Below, in pieces: positions 39,799 through 50,119 of a stretch of 64,000 nt of DNA. The position numbers were made by a program, and so were the translations under genes. The notes under the pieces were generated by a model. That model saw only the letters and a list, made by a program, of their open reading frames with translations. It was not told the origin of the DNA and ran no database searches. Source of the DNA: Patescibacteria group bacterium (GTDB taxonomy: Bacteria > Patescibacteriota > Patescibacteriia > JAHJFT01); the NCBI GenBank assembly GCA_028710985.1, contig JAQTTB010000002.1, positions 6,888 to 70,887 on the forward strand, in the 5' to 3' direction. The stretch's first letter is position 1; each line of letters begins with the position of its first letter.

Positions 39799-39996
39799 TT
39801 AGGCGCGCGATACCTTGGTCGCGGCCGGGCCTTTTTCGGTGTCAATGAGTTCAAAGGTGACGACATCGCCGACCTTCAATTCATCAAACGTAACACCGAT
39901 TAATTCCTTTGAGTGGAAAAACAGATCCTTTTCCTCGCCTTCGCGGGCGATGAATCCGAATCCCTTGCCTGTAAGAGTCTTAATCGTGCCTTGCAT
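39799..39996 (-). CDS. cold-shock domain protein
   Basis: KGFGFI (RNP1) and LFFH (RNP2); start reset to MQGTI. Confidence 0.93.
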   Translation of the reverse strand: MQGTIKTLTGKGFGFIAREGEEKDLFFHSKELIGVTFDELKVGDVVTFELIDTEKGPAATKVSRA

Positions 39997-40105
39997 AGTT
40001 TTTATTGAATTTTGGTTTATTATATAGAAACTCGATGAGAAACTCGACGACTTTTCATATCTTATTTCACCCACACAGTATAGCACATATAGGATAATTA
40101 ATCAA

Positions 40106-40153
40106 GAGCCAACTAAAAAGCGCCATTTCACAATGGTGCCTCTTAGTTGGCTC
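40106..40153 (-). terminator. hairpin that would directly follow tRNA-Asn in the island-free chromosome
   Basis: GAGCCAACTAA/TTAGTTGGCTC 11-bp perfect arms plus inner stem; includes the tRNA 3' hexamer GAGCCA. Confidence 0.7.
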
Positions 40154-40264
40154 CGAGCGGCGCGTGAACTTAGAACCGTTATTCTGAACGGCTGGCACTC
40201 CTACGAAATGGACGCGGCCGTCAAAATGCTCCGCCATGAATCACCGTTCGATATGATAGATTAA
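40148..40264 (+). other. orphaned alternative C-terminal coding segment of the serine recombinase
   Basis: reads WLRAARELRT...FDMID* from the core, same frame and WL codons as in the recombinase gene. Confidence 0.7.
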
Positions 40265-43200
40265 GTATTTGTAGGTTCTTTCTCGGCCGTTAAAGATTCT
40301 ACTTCCTTCCAAAAATCCTTTTCTTCTTTTTTTGGATTAGACACTTTAAGTCCTTTAATTCGCTCTACAACAAAAGCTTTATTCTCACCCTCAGGCCAGT
40401 CCTTAAGGCGGGCTAACAAATCTTTAAAATCTTTTTCATAAGCTGGATAGGTTGGTTTCACTTCATCTAAAATTCCAAGAGAAGTCTGCAAGGAGTTCTT
40501 ATCACGATCCGGTCTCAACATATCAAACAAAACATAAACGAAATCTTTAACGGGAGTCTCCTGCATAATTCCTGTTAGGCTAGATACAGTTTTTAAGGCA
40601 AAATGATGAGCTGAAGTTAATATTTTTCCTGGTTGTCTGAGCCAATCCAGAATTTCTTTACCAATCTCTCGTTTTTTCTCTTCTCCCAAAAAGTCAGACT
40701 TGATTAAAAAGTTGAAGCCGGCTTCTTGAGACGCAAGTGCATCAGATTTTATAAGATTTTTAATTTGAGTTACTGCCTGATCTTTCAAATCTACTGGATC
40801 ATTTTTGCTTAATTGAATCGGCAGATAATCATAAACTGCAATTTGTTCTCCAAAAGGGATAGACGTTACTTTAGCCAATAAAGATTTTACAACCATTTGT
40901 CGATCCGGCAGATTATCGCCCAAACTCTTTATAAAATTCAAACTATTTGCACCCTTCTGGTTAATAATATTTTTAAGCAACTCAATCTTTTTATCCTTAT
41001 CTGCTTTTTTGTATACAATTTCTAATAACACATCATCACTCATACTACGAGATAGCAATGGTTTGAAGTAGGTAGATAGAAATTTTTCGGCAGTTTCTTT
41101 TTTCCAATAATCAAATACTAAACCAATCTTAGCGGCTCCAGCGTTTTGGAAGTAACCATTAATCTGAGCTACGAGTTCATTCTGTTGTGCTTCTGGCACA
41201 TAGAAGCTAATCCAACGTAAATTATTAACTAAGCCCGTGCGATTATCCCAAGCCCCAATACTATTAAACGCCTGGATAAAATTCTTTGTAAGCTGAATTT
41301 TAGTGCCGTCATCAACAATCTTAAACTGATCCTGAAATTCACTAAATATATCCCCGCAAGTAGCGAATAAAGTTTCTTTTTCTGCGCGGTAGTCTGGACT
41401 CTCGGTAGTCTCTTTATTTATTACTTCAGTAATTTTTTGCAGAATTATATTAAACTTGTTCTTCTCTGAAATGTATTCCTTAAACTGCTTAATTATTGTA
41501 ATCTGTCCCGATAGACTATCTCGGTTGAAATTAGCGATAAATTTGTCAAACGCCTGGGGAGAAATAAAGGTCGTCTGTTCTTCAAGTGTGCCAAATAGCG
41601 ATATAATATCGAAATTTGTTGAAAAATTCTCATCAATAAACTTAACGATCTGAATTTTATCTTCATCTGCTATTAATGAAGCGTTTTGTTTTAAGTTCGT
41701 AAGAATATCTTTTAATATTGACCCCATATTTGGCTTACGAACCTCTTCTGTTCCCACGGCCAAAACATAGCGCTTAATTAAGGGTGCGCGGAACTGGACA
41801 TCTAGTTCCTGCTTCGTAATAAGGTCAGAAAAAACTAAGTTAGTTTGGAGCTGAGTGAAAAATTGCCATAGATCAGCATCTAAAACACGAGCAAGGGATT
41901 CGTAATATACTTTAGTCGAAGACGAAATCCCCAATTCGTGGAAAGCCTCTAAGTGAGTAGTAAATATTTTAAGCAATATATCTCTCTGGCTCCTATACTC
42001 ACGCAAGAGATGACGGATAAAATCAACTAATGATCCTTTATTGGTTTCCGCCGAGGCAAGTTCCTTAAATTTATCTTTGTTGCCCTCGGCCAAACTCAGT
42101 ATCATTTCCTCTGAATTGTTGAGAGATTGATAAATGGTCGGTTCTTTGAAATAGATAAACGGGCGGGCGTTAGAAACGGTAATACGGCTCGTATTTAACA
42201 TGAAGTTACGTAAATCAGCAGAATCTTTATCTTTTAGAATGTTTTCTGGTTCAAACCATTTATCCTTTAATCGATGATAAGCGGGTGTAAATTTTTGTCT
42301 AAGCACCAATACTTTTGCTAAATAAGCGATATTGTCTTTAATCCTTTGCCATACCTCCGTTTTAGAAGCTAAGACTAATGCTGCTATTAAATTATTTATA
42401 AACTGTTTAATCTCACGAGGATTGTTAGAAAAAGCATTGCTAATCACATAAACAATATCCTCTGAATCTTGACCTTGGAGTAAACTTTTTATTTCGCCGG
42501 TATCATTAATCAGTTTTTTAATATATGCGTGAAGATCGGCTTCAATAAATTCGGGCGTCCAAATTACAACATTAAATAGCTTTCTAAGATATTCTGAAGG
42601 GTCAAAATCTTCATCATCCTGACCACCATAAAAACTTTTGATTTGGCTAATAATGGCTTCTGAATCGCAGGGAACTATAAAAACAAGTCCAGCAACACCG
42701 GCCGGATCAAGGAACGTTTTGATAGCAGAAAGAATTTTTATTGCCGCATCACCCTGAACACGATCAATGTTATCAAAAACTATTACAACTTTTTTATTAA
42801 CTTTTTGAAGTATCAGTCTAAACAGAGCTTCAAATTGCTCCGGGGAGTTTAACCGTTCCTCTTTTTCAACCCTTGTTTTAATAGAGGCAAGTGGATTTAA
42901 CGAAGATAAAAACTTTTCGACCGAGCGTTCCCAAACTTTCTCCAGTAAAGGCTTAAAAAAGAGAGCTAGAACAGAGAATGAAGCTACAACGGCCGCAAAA
43001 TCTTTAATTGTTTGAATAATCAGATTATTATTTTTGAAAATCAAATTTAAAATTACCCATCCGATTACTAAAATCAGAGATAAGACTAAAAGCCAGTTTG
43101 TTTTTAACAACAACCAAACTTTTTTAAGCCATCCGGCAGAGCTTACTTGCATTTCGGCCGTCGTTATTTCGCAACTTTCCTCTGTTGATTTATAAAGAGG

Positions 43201-43536
43201 GTCAAGTATTTTTTTATCCTCGGGCGAAAGTTGTTTTTGACTAATCAGAAAGTTTACTAATTCGATCAAAAAAATTCTGCGTAACGAATCTTCCTGATAT
43301 TTCCATGCATCAAAAACAAACATCGGGCTTTGTAGATCGTGACGTATCATTTCAATGATTGTACTTTTGCCCGTACCCCACCTACTAAAAAGTCCGATGG
43401 TATGAACACAAGAATCGTTTTCTAGTATCTCTTTCATAGCTGGAGCAACGTTCTCATGATAAAAGCCAAAAATACCATCTTGACCATTACCAAGCGGGAC
43501 ATCTTTCAAAAATTTAAATTTTAGTTCTTCGGGCAT
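40261..43536 (-). CDS. KAP-family P-loop NTPase with two TMs and long helical C-terminus
   Basis: IGLFSRWGTGKST, FDAWKY, VIVFDNIDR, YLRKLF, NPREIKQFIN. Confidence 0.9.
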   Translation of the reverse strand: MPEELKFKFLKDVPLGNGQDGIFGFYHENVAPAMKEILENDSCVHTIGLFSRWGTGKSTIIEMIRHDLQSPMFVFDAWKYQEDSLRRIFLIELVNFLISQKQLSPEDKKILDPLYKSTEESCEITTAEMQVSSAGWLKKVWLLLKTNWLLVLSLILVIGWVILNLIFKNNNLIIQTIKDFAAVVASFSVLALFFKPLLEKVWERSVEKFLSSLNPLASIKTRVEKEERLNSPEQFEALFRLILQKVNKKVVIVFDNIDRVQGDAAIKILSAIKTFLDPAGVAGLVFIVPCDSEAIISQIKSFYGGQDDEDFDPSEYLRKLFNVVIWTPEFIEADLHAYIKKLINDTGEIKSLLQGQDSEDIVYVISNAFSNNPREIKQFINNLIAALVLASKTEVWQRIKDNIAYLAKVLVLRQKFTPAYHRLKDKWFEPENILKDKDSADLRNFMLNTSRITVSNARPFIYFKEPTIYQSLNNSEEMILSLAEGNKDKFKELASAETNKGSLVDFIRHLLREYRSQRDILLKIFTTHLEAFHELGISSSTKVYYESLARVLDADLWQFFTQLQTNLVFSDLITKQELDVQFRAPLIKRYVLAVGTEEVRKPNMGSILKDILTNLKQNASLIADEDKIQIVKFIDENFSTNFDIISLFGTLEEQTTFISPQAFDKFIANFNRDSLSGQITIIKQFKEYISEKNKFNIILQKITEVINKETTESPDYRAEKETLFATCGDIFSEFQDQFKIVDDGTKIQLTKNFIQAFNSIGAWDNRTGLVNNLRWISFYVPEAQQNELVAQINGYFQNAGAAKIGLVFDYWKKETAEKFLSTYFKPLLSRSMSDDVLLEIVYKKADKDKKIELLKNIINQKGANSLNFIKSLGDNLPDRQMVVKSLLAKVTSIPFGEQIAVYDYLPIQLSKNDPVDLKDQAVTQIKNLIKSDALASQEAGFNFLIKSDFLGEEKKREIGKEILDWLRQPGKILTSAHHFALKTVSSLTGIMQETPVKDFVYVLFDMLRPDRDKNSLQTSLGILDEVKPTYPAYEKDFKDLLARLKDWPEGENKAFVVERIKGLKVSNPKKEEKDFWKEVESLTAEKEPTNT

Positions 43537-43603
43537 ATTTTTACTTTTTCACTACTTCTTCTACTAAAGATTTTATTTTCCAGATTTGGTCTAGTTACTT
43601 TGT

Positions 43604-44773
43604 TTACCGATTACCTTTTGCTCGATTGTGTGTCTTGCAAAGCATCTGGCAGTTTTTTGCTGAAGTTGCACCTCCCTTGCTCCAGGCTGCTACATGGTCT
43701 GCGTCCATTTCGCTAAAACTCCAAATCTTACTCTTGTTAGCATCATGCCCAATGGCACAATGCGGGCAGTTTGATTCGTCTTTTTTCTCTGCCTTGACGG
43801 TTTGTGTTGTATAAACCGTCTTTTTGGTTGCTTCATCAAAAACTCGGACTTCAAGTAATTTTGTGTCAATGGAACCACCAAGAATATACTCAAAAATACC
43901 TTTGCGATTTTTAACATACGGATCAGCATAGAGCTTCTGTACCTCGGCTGATACTTTGGCTGGATTGTACGATTTTTTATGGTGTTCCTCATAAAGTCGC
44001 CCCCACTCAAGACCGCGCATCTCGCTTTCAACATTAGTAAACACACTAGAAACCCAATCGATCACGCTGTTGAAATATTTTTTTAATTCATTAATATTTT
44101 TTTCAAAACGATGACGACTCATATAATCGCCGATATTACCTTTGCTTACCCAATCCAGCGCACATTCTAAAAATTCCTGCCGGTTAGCGCTACCGGATAC
44201 ATACGCGCTCCATTTTTGAATGTTGGCGTTTTGGCTATTACTAAATTCCTCCTTGCCGAGCGTTACAAACGGCCCGGAATACACCGCATTAAGTAATTCC
44301 TGACCATTAAGTGGAACACCGGCAATATTAATTGTTTTGAACCACTCTTTTATCTCGCTTTCTTTCCCTTCGCATTCGTAAATAAGTAAAGTAGTTTTTA
44401 AAATTTTACCCTGTTTGTCTTTTGCCATACCGCTAAAATATTGCTCCATGCCGTTTTCGTCTTTGATAGCAAATTTGTCAGTTATAAACCGCCCAAGACT
44501 AGTGATGCGTTGCTGGCCGTCTAAAACCTCTAAATTGTTGTCGCTTACTTTGTTAAAATAGATCAATCCTATCGGGTACTCTTTGAGGACTGATTCAATG
44601 ACGGCCATTTCTTTTTTACCACCATCAGAAGCATAAATATAATTGCGTTGATACTCCGGTTGAATGGTCAATTTACCAGACAAACCGAACAAACCCTTAC
44701 CTTCAAGTTCGTTATAGACAAACCCATCGCAAATATCTTTAACAGTAATATTAATTTTTAAAGTTGTTTTCAT
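43604..44773 (-). CDS. DUF262 plus HNH endonuclease (GmrSD-like)
   Basis: PEYQRNY, DGQQR, F..IN..G.PL; DHV..WSKGG.T...NCQMLC..HN..K. Confidence 0.88.
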   Translation of the reverse strand: MKTTLKINITVKDICDGFVYNELEGKGLFGLSGKLTIQPEYQRNYIYASDGGKKEMAVIESVLKEYPIGLIYFNKVSDNNLEVLDGQQRITSLGRFITDKFAIKDENGMEQYFSGMAKDKQGKILKTTLLIYECEGKESEIKEWFKTINIAGVPLNGQELLNAVYSGPFVTLGKEEFSNSQNANIQKWSAYVSGSANRQEFLECALDWVSKGNIGDYMSRHRFEKNINELKKYFNSVIDWVSSVFTNVESEMRGLEWGRLYEEHHKKSYNPAKVSAEVQKLYADPYVKNRKGIFEYILGGSIDTKLLEVRVFDEATKKTVYTTQTVKAEKKDESNCPHCAIGHDANKSKIWSFSEMDADHVAAWSKGGATSAKNCQMLCKTHNRAKGNR

Positions 44774-45966
44774 ATTATTTTTTTCTTATGTTTAATAAGC
44801 ACTCTTTGATAAACTTTTTCCAATAAACCATCTCGAATAATTACTCCACTTGCGTTCAAGTCATAGGTTCCTGTTTTCCCGAATTTATCTAAATACGCCT
44901 GTTTACATTCTGCGGATGTATACACTTTTGTTTTTTGTTTATATAAATCTTCATTCTCACACATTCCAACAATCTTAAACTGCTCGGGGCTATATTTATC
45001 AAGAATACTGACCGGTACTCCCATTACGCCGCTGTAATCGCTCGGGATATTTTTTACTAACGACACTTCTATCGCGTTATAATTTTCATATTTCTCAAAC
45101 GGTTTTTTCATTACGAACTTTATCACCTCTGCCTTGGTCATGAGTGGGAGTGGCTGATGACGACGCCCATGGTCAAGATTGGTAAACCAGCGAACACCCT
45201 GCACTCTAGTGACATATACTTTTTTTCCGCTTTCATTTGTTTTTATTTCACGAACCTGCTCTAAATTGGCAATGTTTTCGGGTATCTCAAAAAACATTGC
45301 ACCGGCATTAACTTTGTAATTATTACCTAACCAAACTTTATTCTCTTTAAGTAATGGGAATATTTCTTTGTAGGTAATCGCGTTCAGGTTGCCGATGATC
45401 AAAAACTTTTTATCATACTTAACAAGTTGTTTTATGTACTCGCGAAATAGACTGAACGGCGGATTAGTTACCACAATGTCAGATTGTTTCAATAGATTAA
45501 TGGACTCATCGCTGCGAAAGTCGCCGTCGTCCTTTAGCGGCATCCATTCGTTATGTTTGTTTGCCTTTAACTGCTTAGCAATGTCTTTCAAGTTGAACTC
45601 GCCATCGCCGTCTATATCGCGCACTTCGTTAATAATGAACTTGTTGGCATTTATCTTTGGACGGCCTTTTGATTTAGTAAGAGTTTTGTCATCGCCAAAT
45701 AATTCCAGTTGCGTATTGGCAACGGGCGAGGGTTTGTAACTAGTGGTGATAAGCTGCTTCAATCCAAGCTTGTTGAAATTAAGCACGAAATAGCGGAAAA
45801 AATTGCTCTCAAACGGGTCGTCGCAGTTACAATACACCACCTTGCCTCGAAATACGTTAGGATCGTATTCCAAATACGCCTCAATCTCTTTCTGAATATC
45901 GCTGTACTGAGTATAAAACTCGTCATTCTTTACTTTTTTTGCGTTTGCAAGATTTTTGTTTGCCAT
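44770..45966 (-). CDS. adenine-specific methyltransferase, EcoRI family
   Basis: [32 protein letters not shown]. Confidence 0.9.
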   Translation of the reverse strand: MANKNLANAKKVKNDEFYTQYSDIQKEIEAYLEYDPNVFRGKVVYCNCDDPFESNFFRYFVLNFNKLGLKQLITTSYKPSPVANTQLELFGDDKTLTKSKGRPKINANKFIINEVRDIDGDGEFNLKDIAKQLKANKHNEWMPLKDDGDFRSDESINLLKQSDIVVTNPPFSLFREYIKQLVKYDKKFLIIGNLNAITYKEIFPLLKENKVWLGNNYKVNAGAMFFEIPENIANLEQVREIKTNESGKKVYVTRVQGVRWFTNLDHGRRHQPLPLMTKAEVIKFVMKKPFEKYENYNAIEVSLVKNIPSDYSGVMGVPVSILDKYSPEQFKIVGMCENEDLYKQKTKVYTSAECKQAYLDKFGKTGTYDLNASGVIIRDGLLEKVYQRVLIKHKKKII

Positions 45967-45970
45967 AAAA

Positions 45971-46675
45971 TTATTTTTCGTTATCTAGGGCAAGCTTCAG
46001 TAAAAATATCGTCTCGGCTCTGAGTTTCGACTTCACCCAAGCTTTCTGCTTCTCGTCTAGAAGTTCGCCCATACCGGAAAGAATATTGCGGTCACTGACT
46101 TTCTCCAAAGAGTTAATGCATTTTTGTAAAAAATCTTTATAAGACGTTCCTGTTCGGCCCTCTATAATTTCTTTATTCACCGGCCAGTTATTATGCAAAA
46201 AATAATACACGTCAAAAATATCACGATTAGTCTTACCGATGCGTTCATACATCGCACAAAGTTTATGAGCCAACATATCTTCCTTCACCATGACTTTCAT
46301 AGAGATGCCAAGGTATGCCTTTACTTCATACCTCGATCCAAAATTCCGGCGATTTATTTCCACCTTAATATTTTGAGCACCGATTTCCTTATCATCGTAA
46401 GAAAGTAAAAATAAAAGATTGAACCTTTTCGTTTGAGCTTCTTTAATGGTGCCGTAGGCACTTAAAATCTTTTGAATTTGTTCAAAGACATAATCTTCCT
46501 TACTCTCTTCCAACAGATCAAAATCCAAGTCTACTGAAAAACGATTGAGATCATAAAAAAGAAAGGCGGCTGTACCTCCTTTGAATCCCAAAAGCGGTCC
46601 AATAGTTGAATCAGTGTAAATGTCTTTTAAAATTCTGACGAGAATATTTTTGTGTTTTACTGTATCAAGTGACAT
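45971..46675 (-). CDS. AbiEii/AbiGii nucleotidyltransferase toxin
   Basis: FKGGTA, RFSVDLDF, K..A, RDIFD. Confidence 0.9.
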   Translation of the reverse strand: MSLDTVKHKNILVRILKDIYTDSTIGPLLGFKGGTAAFLFYDLNRFSVDLDFDLLEESKEDYVFEQIQKILSAYGTIKEAQTKRFNLLFLLSYDDKEIGAQNIKVEINRRNFGSRYEVKAYLGISMKVMVKEDMLAHKLCAMYERIGKTNRDIFDVYYFLHNNWPVNKEIIEGRTGTSYKDFLQKCINSLEKVSDRNILSGMGELLDEKQKAWVKSKLRAETIFLLKLALDNEK

Positions 46676-46680
46676 AGAAT

Positions 46681-47268
46681 TTATTTGGGATTATTTATTA
46701 AAGACTCGTGATATTTTTTGACCATTCTCTCCATTCGTTTATTACCTCCGTAGATAGGCAAGATTAAGTTAACTTTGTCCCAATCCAAAACTGACAAATT
46801 ATCAAAATGATAATCCGTGTTTAAATAAACAACATCTAAAAATGCTCTTTCAGTCGAAGCAATACTGTAATTATCTTTTATTTCGATGCCGGCATTGTTA
46901 GTGAGAATTTCGTCTTTAATCCTTTTGAAAGCAACTACTTGCCCATCGCATTCAATTTCTTTATTTTGGTACGAAGCAACAAAAATTTTAGAGTAGTGTT
47001 GAAAGGTTACACCGGCCGATCCGAGGACGGTTTCAAAACTGACGTAAGAAGGCGTAAATATTTTGGTAGCTAACTCATATTTGTCGTAATTTTTGTCCTT
47101 GGCATAAAGACCGCGACGTATATGGTAAAGATTATTGTGTTTAGTATAGTAATTAACCCTTGAACCAGCGGTAAGCTTGTCAATTCCTCCCCAAAGCAAA
47201 ATAAGGTCTTTGAAAGAAAAAACCGTTTTGCTTGATCTCAATATTTCGTTTAAAAAGCCTTTTTCCAT
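46681..47268 (-). CDS. AbiEi-type antitoxin
   Basis: IRRGLY, PSYVSFETVL, ERAFLD; upstream of AbiEii; start reset to MEKGF. Confidence 0.85.
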   Translation of the reverse strand: MEKGFLNEILRSSKTVFSFKDLILLWGGIDKLTAGSRVNYYTKHNNLYHIRRGLYAKDKNYDKYELATKIFTPSYVSFETVLGSAGVTFQHYSKIFVASYQNKEIECDGQVVAFKRIKDEILTNNAGIEIKDNYSIASTERAFLDVVYLNTDYHFDNLSVLDWDKVNLILPIYGGNKRMERMVKKYHESLINNPK

Positions 47269-47272
47269 ATGT

Positions 47273-47313
47273 TTGAAGTTAAATATAAGACCCTGCCTTA
47301 TGTTCAACTCCAA
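47273..47313. promoter_or_regulatory. inverted-repeat operator upstream of the abiE pair
   Basis: TTGAAGTTAAATATAAG / CTTATGTTCAACTCCAA (14 of 17 match). Confidence 0.6.
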
Positions 47314-47380
47314 TTATATGATATAATCAATAAGAGTGCAAGAGCTAAGGGGATAAACAAAACAACTGATTAATCACTGT

Positions 47381-47440
47381 CTTATAATATAATAAGACAT
47401 GTAATTTTTTAGAAATAAAGAAGCCTTATTATATTATAAG
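47381..47440. promoter_or_regulatory. perfect 16-bp inverted repeat upstream of the 314-aa ORF
   Basis: CTTATAATATAATAAG(47381-47396)/CTTATTATATTATAAG(47425-47440). Confidence 0.5.
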
Positions 47441-47453
47441 GCTTGAATAACTT

Positions 47454-48398
47454 ATGAGAAAACAGCTTAAAGCAATAATTAATAAGCTAAACAAACGGCC
47501 AATATCTTCTTTGACCGGCGATGAATTTGATGTGTATTTTGAACACCGAATGGATAACTTGATATGTGATAAAAAGGTCCTCACTAAAAATGAGCTTGTC
47601 TATCTCCTTTCCGAAACCGGTCCCGGTAATCGACGCATTGATCCGCGATTAGTATTAAAGCTTGTCGATCAAAACATTCTAGTTTCTTCCATACTTGGGG
47701 CTTTACCTGAAATGACAAAATTAAAAGGCCAAAAAGAAAAAGTGGATAAATATATACTCGACCATAAAAGCTCTAAGGAAACTAAACAATCAATTATTAA
47801 ATTGATTGGGAGTTATCTAAAAAATGTAAAAATGATTTCAGATGATCCCTTTATAATCGAAGCCACATTTAAGAATATGCCAATCTCCTGCCTGATAAAA
47901 AACGGTGGCTGGATATTTCCGGATTCAGAATTATTTTCTTTTCTAAGCGCAGTTCAAAAACAAAAAAGGTTTCCAATAGTAATTGCTAAAAAGATATCGG
48001 GTATTCTTTTTCCGGTATTTAAGGGATTGTCGATTTTAGGTTTAAATCTATACAAAACCCTTTTGCCAGAGGAGGGAGAAAAGTTAATAACTAGCTCTAT
48101 TTATAAACCAAAAGAGAGTTTTCTATCAGAGCTGAAGTATAACGGTCAGTTTCAATTTTTAACAAGAGAATACGTTGAAAATATCCAAGACGAATATTGG
48201 AATGGCGATCCGCTAAAAAACTTCTTTGAGAATGTCTTGCTCGGAAATATATCTACTTATTACGAGAATTTCTCAAATTTGAAAATAAATATTACCGATA
48301 ATTTTGCCGATACTGTATCTCAGTTCAGAAAAAACAAAACGACAAAAAATTTACTTGAAATGTATAAAACGCAAGAAAAGATTATTAGCGCTAAATAA
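47454..48398 (+). CDS. hypothetical protein (island cargo)
   Basis: 314-aa ORF in AT-rich DNA; no motif recognised. Confidence 0.75.
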   Translation: MRKQLKAIINKLNKRPISSLTGDEFDVYFEHRMDNLICDKKVLTKNELVYLLSETGPGNRRIDPRLVLKLVDQNILVSSILGALPEMTKLKGQKEKVDKYILDHKSSKETKQSIIKLIGSYLKNVKMISDDPFIIEATFKNMPISCLIKNGGWIFPDSELFSFLSAVQKQKRFPIVIAKKISGILFPVFKGLSILGLNLYKTLLPEEGEKLITSSIYKPKESFLSELKYNGQFQFLTREYVENIQDEYWNGDPLKNFFENVLLGNISTYYENFSNLKINITDNFADTVSQFRKNKTTKNLLEMYKTQEKIISAK

Positions 48399-48435
48399 TT
48401 TCCGTCAACTTCTTGTCAGCTTTTGTCAGAATAAT

Positions 48436-48618
48436 TTATCCACAGATGGACCTATTGACCGCGGCCTTTCCGGTCCGCTATTATAAAAGCATAAGAGATA
48501 GGAGTTTGCCTGACGGCGTTCCGATTTATCGGAACTAAGTGTGACGGGGCTACGACTTCTGTCATCAAGCACTACGTGTTTTTTTGCTTGATGATGTGAA
48601 GTGGTAGCCCTTTTTTGT
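48436..48618 (+). promoter_or_regulatory. DnaA box, promoter and long hairpin/terminator leader of the rep module
   Basis: TTATCCACA(48436-48444); TTGACC-18-TATTAT; GGGCTAC..TCATCAAGCA/TGCTTGATGA..GTAGCCC followed by T6. Confidence 0.6.
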
Positions 48619-48721
48619 TTTTCAATTAAAAGTTAATTCCCTCTGAGGTTAAGTGCCTCGATAAGAAAGCTTAGTATTTGAATAGAAAGATAAAGGCTAG
48701 TCCCAGCGGGGCCAGCCTTTT

Positions 48722-48922
48722 ATGTTGCCCCAAGAAGCTATACAAGAATTTAAAGAATTATACGAGAAACGCTACGGCGTAAAACTCTCCGATGAGGAGG
48801 CTTCTTTGCGCGCCAACAATCTTTTTAAACTCTACAAAATAACTTATATGGGTGAGCCATCTATTGATGACTTCCAAGAAAAAGTAGTGAAAAGCCATGA
48901 CTTACAACCAAACCACAATTAG
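48722..48922 (+). CDS. small helical protein typical of CPR integrative elements
   Basis: ML.QEAI.EFK.LY...YG..LS.EEA...A..L pattern. Confidence 0.75.
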   Translation: MLPQEAIQEFKELYEKRYGVKLSDEEASLRANNLFKLYKITYMGEPSIDDFQEKVVKSHDLQPNHN

Positions 48923-49208
48923 CGAAATCCAATTCTATCCGGTTAAACCCAAGGACGGTCTCCTCGGGTTTGTTTCGTTTGTCCTGGACGGCAAATTCTG
49001 GATGGGATCGGTGGCCGTGTTCAGCCGGCCGGCCGGCCGATACCGGCTGGTTTATCCCACACGCAAAGTGGGAGGCCAGAACATAAACATTTTTCATCCG
49101 ATTACCCATGAAGCCGGCCAGGAGGTCGAAATGGCCATTAATGAAAAAGTAGCTGAATTACTTAGTGAAAATTATGAATCAGACGAACCAACCCAAAACA
49201 CGTGGTAA
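48897..49208 (+). CDS. SpoVG-family nucleic acid-binding protein
   Basis: ISEIQFYPVKPKDGLLGFVS, YP.RK, FHPI; acidic tail. Confidence 0.78.
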   Translation: MTYNQTTISEIQFYPVKPKDGLLGFVSFVLDGKFWMGSVAVFSRPAGRYRLVYPTRKVGGQNINIFHPITHEAGQEVEMAINEKVAELLSENYESDEPTQNTW

Positions 49209-49608
49209 AAGCTTTAATTTCTTTCCGGCTCCTCACGCTCTCTTTGACGATGAAAAACTGCGTCGTACTTTGACTCACGCCGAACGCGACTTTTTAATGG
49301 CTTTATGCCATCTCACCAACCGCCACGGCAATAAGGACGGCTGGTTTTGGCACATCGACGAAACATTTATAACGCGAGAGAACAAAGAACACGGTTTCGC
49401 TTCATTGGGTTTTAGCCGGTCCACTTGCCGGCGCGTCAGAAAAAAATTGATCAACATGGGACTCATAGAAATAAAACCGGGCACGATGGAACGTGGCCGC
49501 TGGGTCGGAACGATGTACCGTCTCAACCCGCGATTGCTGAAAACGACGGGGGTTCAAAATGAAGCACGGTCAGGCACCATAGAGAACCCCGGCCCGGGAC
49601 CACCATGA
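49174..49608 (+). CDS. winged-helix replication initiator-like protein
   Basis: LGFSRSTCRRVRKKLINMGLIE HTH and ...TMYRL wing; followed by a repeat tract. Confidence 0.65.
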   Translation: MNQTNQPKTRGKSFNFFPAPHALFDDEKLRRTLTHAERDFLMALCHLTNRHGNKDGWFWHIDETFITRENKEHGFASLGFSRSTCRRVRKKLINMGLIEIKPGTMERGRWVGTMYRLNPRLLKTTGVQNEARSGTIENPGPGPP

Positions 49609-49700
49609 AGCACTAAGTAATAAAGATTGAGTAAGAAAAAATAATTAATAAAAAGCTTAAATAAAGCAAGCAAGCTTGCTGAAAAATTAAAAAATAGGGG

Positions 49701-50000
49701 TTGGGCAAAGCTTGGGTGAAACTTGGGTAGATTTCGATCCATTGAATGGCGACCAAAGGCGACTAAAAGGCGACCAGAAAATGAGGGTAAGGTGTGGGTG
49801 AAATGAGGGTGGAATTTGGGAATTATGGTTGCACTAAAATGCACTAAACCTGCACCAAAATTGGAGAAATCAGACTGGGGCAAAACTGGGGTGAAATTGG
49901 GGCAGCTTTTGGGAGAATCGTCTGCGACAAGGCATCGGGGAAACATCGGGTATTTTGGCGGACACGGCCGGATGAAATCGGTACAAAATCGGTATAAGAT
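49701..50000. repeat. noncoding tract of successive 10-11-bp period repeat blocks
   Basis: TTGGG x3, GGCGAC x3, TG(A/T)GGGT x3, TGCAC x3, TGGGG x3, ATCGGG x2, ATCGGTA x2. Confidence 0.7.
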
Positions 50001-50119
50001 TTGACCCTCCTCTTATTAAAAAATCAATAAAACGGTAAAATAGAAATATACGTTTGACTTACTTCGACCTTAGGCCCATGTTGTGTGTAGAAAGGTCGAA
50101 ACAAACAATTAAATAATTA

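Noticed and set aside
49554-50004. ORFs over the periodic repeat tract
   Set aside because: Low-complexity translations on both strands with no start signals; explained by the repeats.
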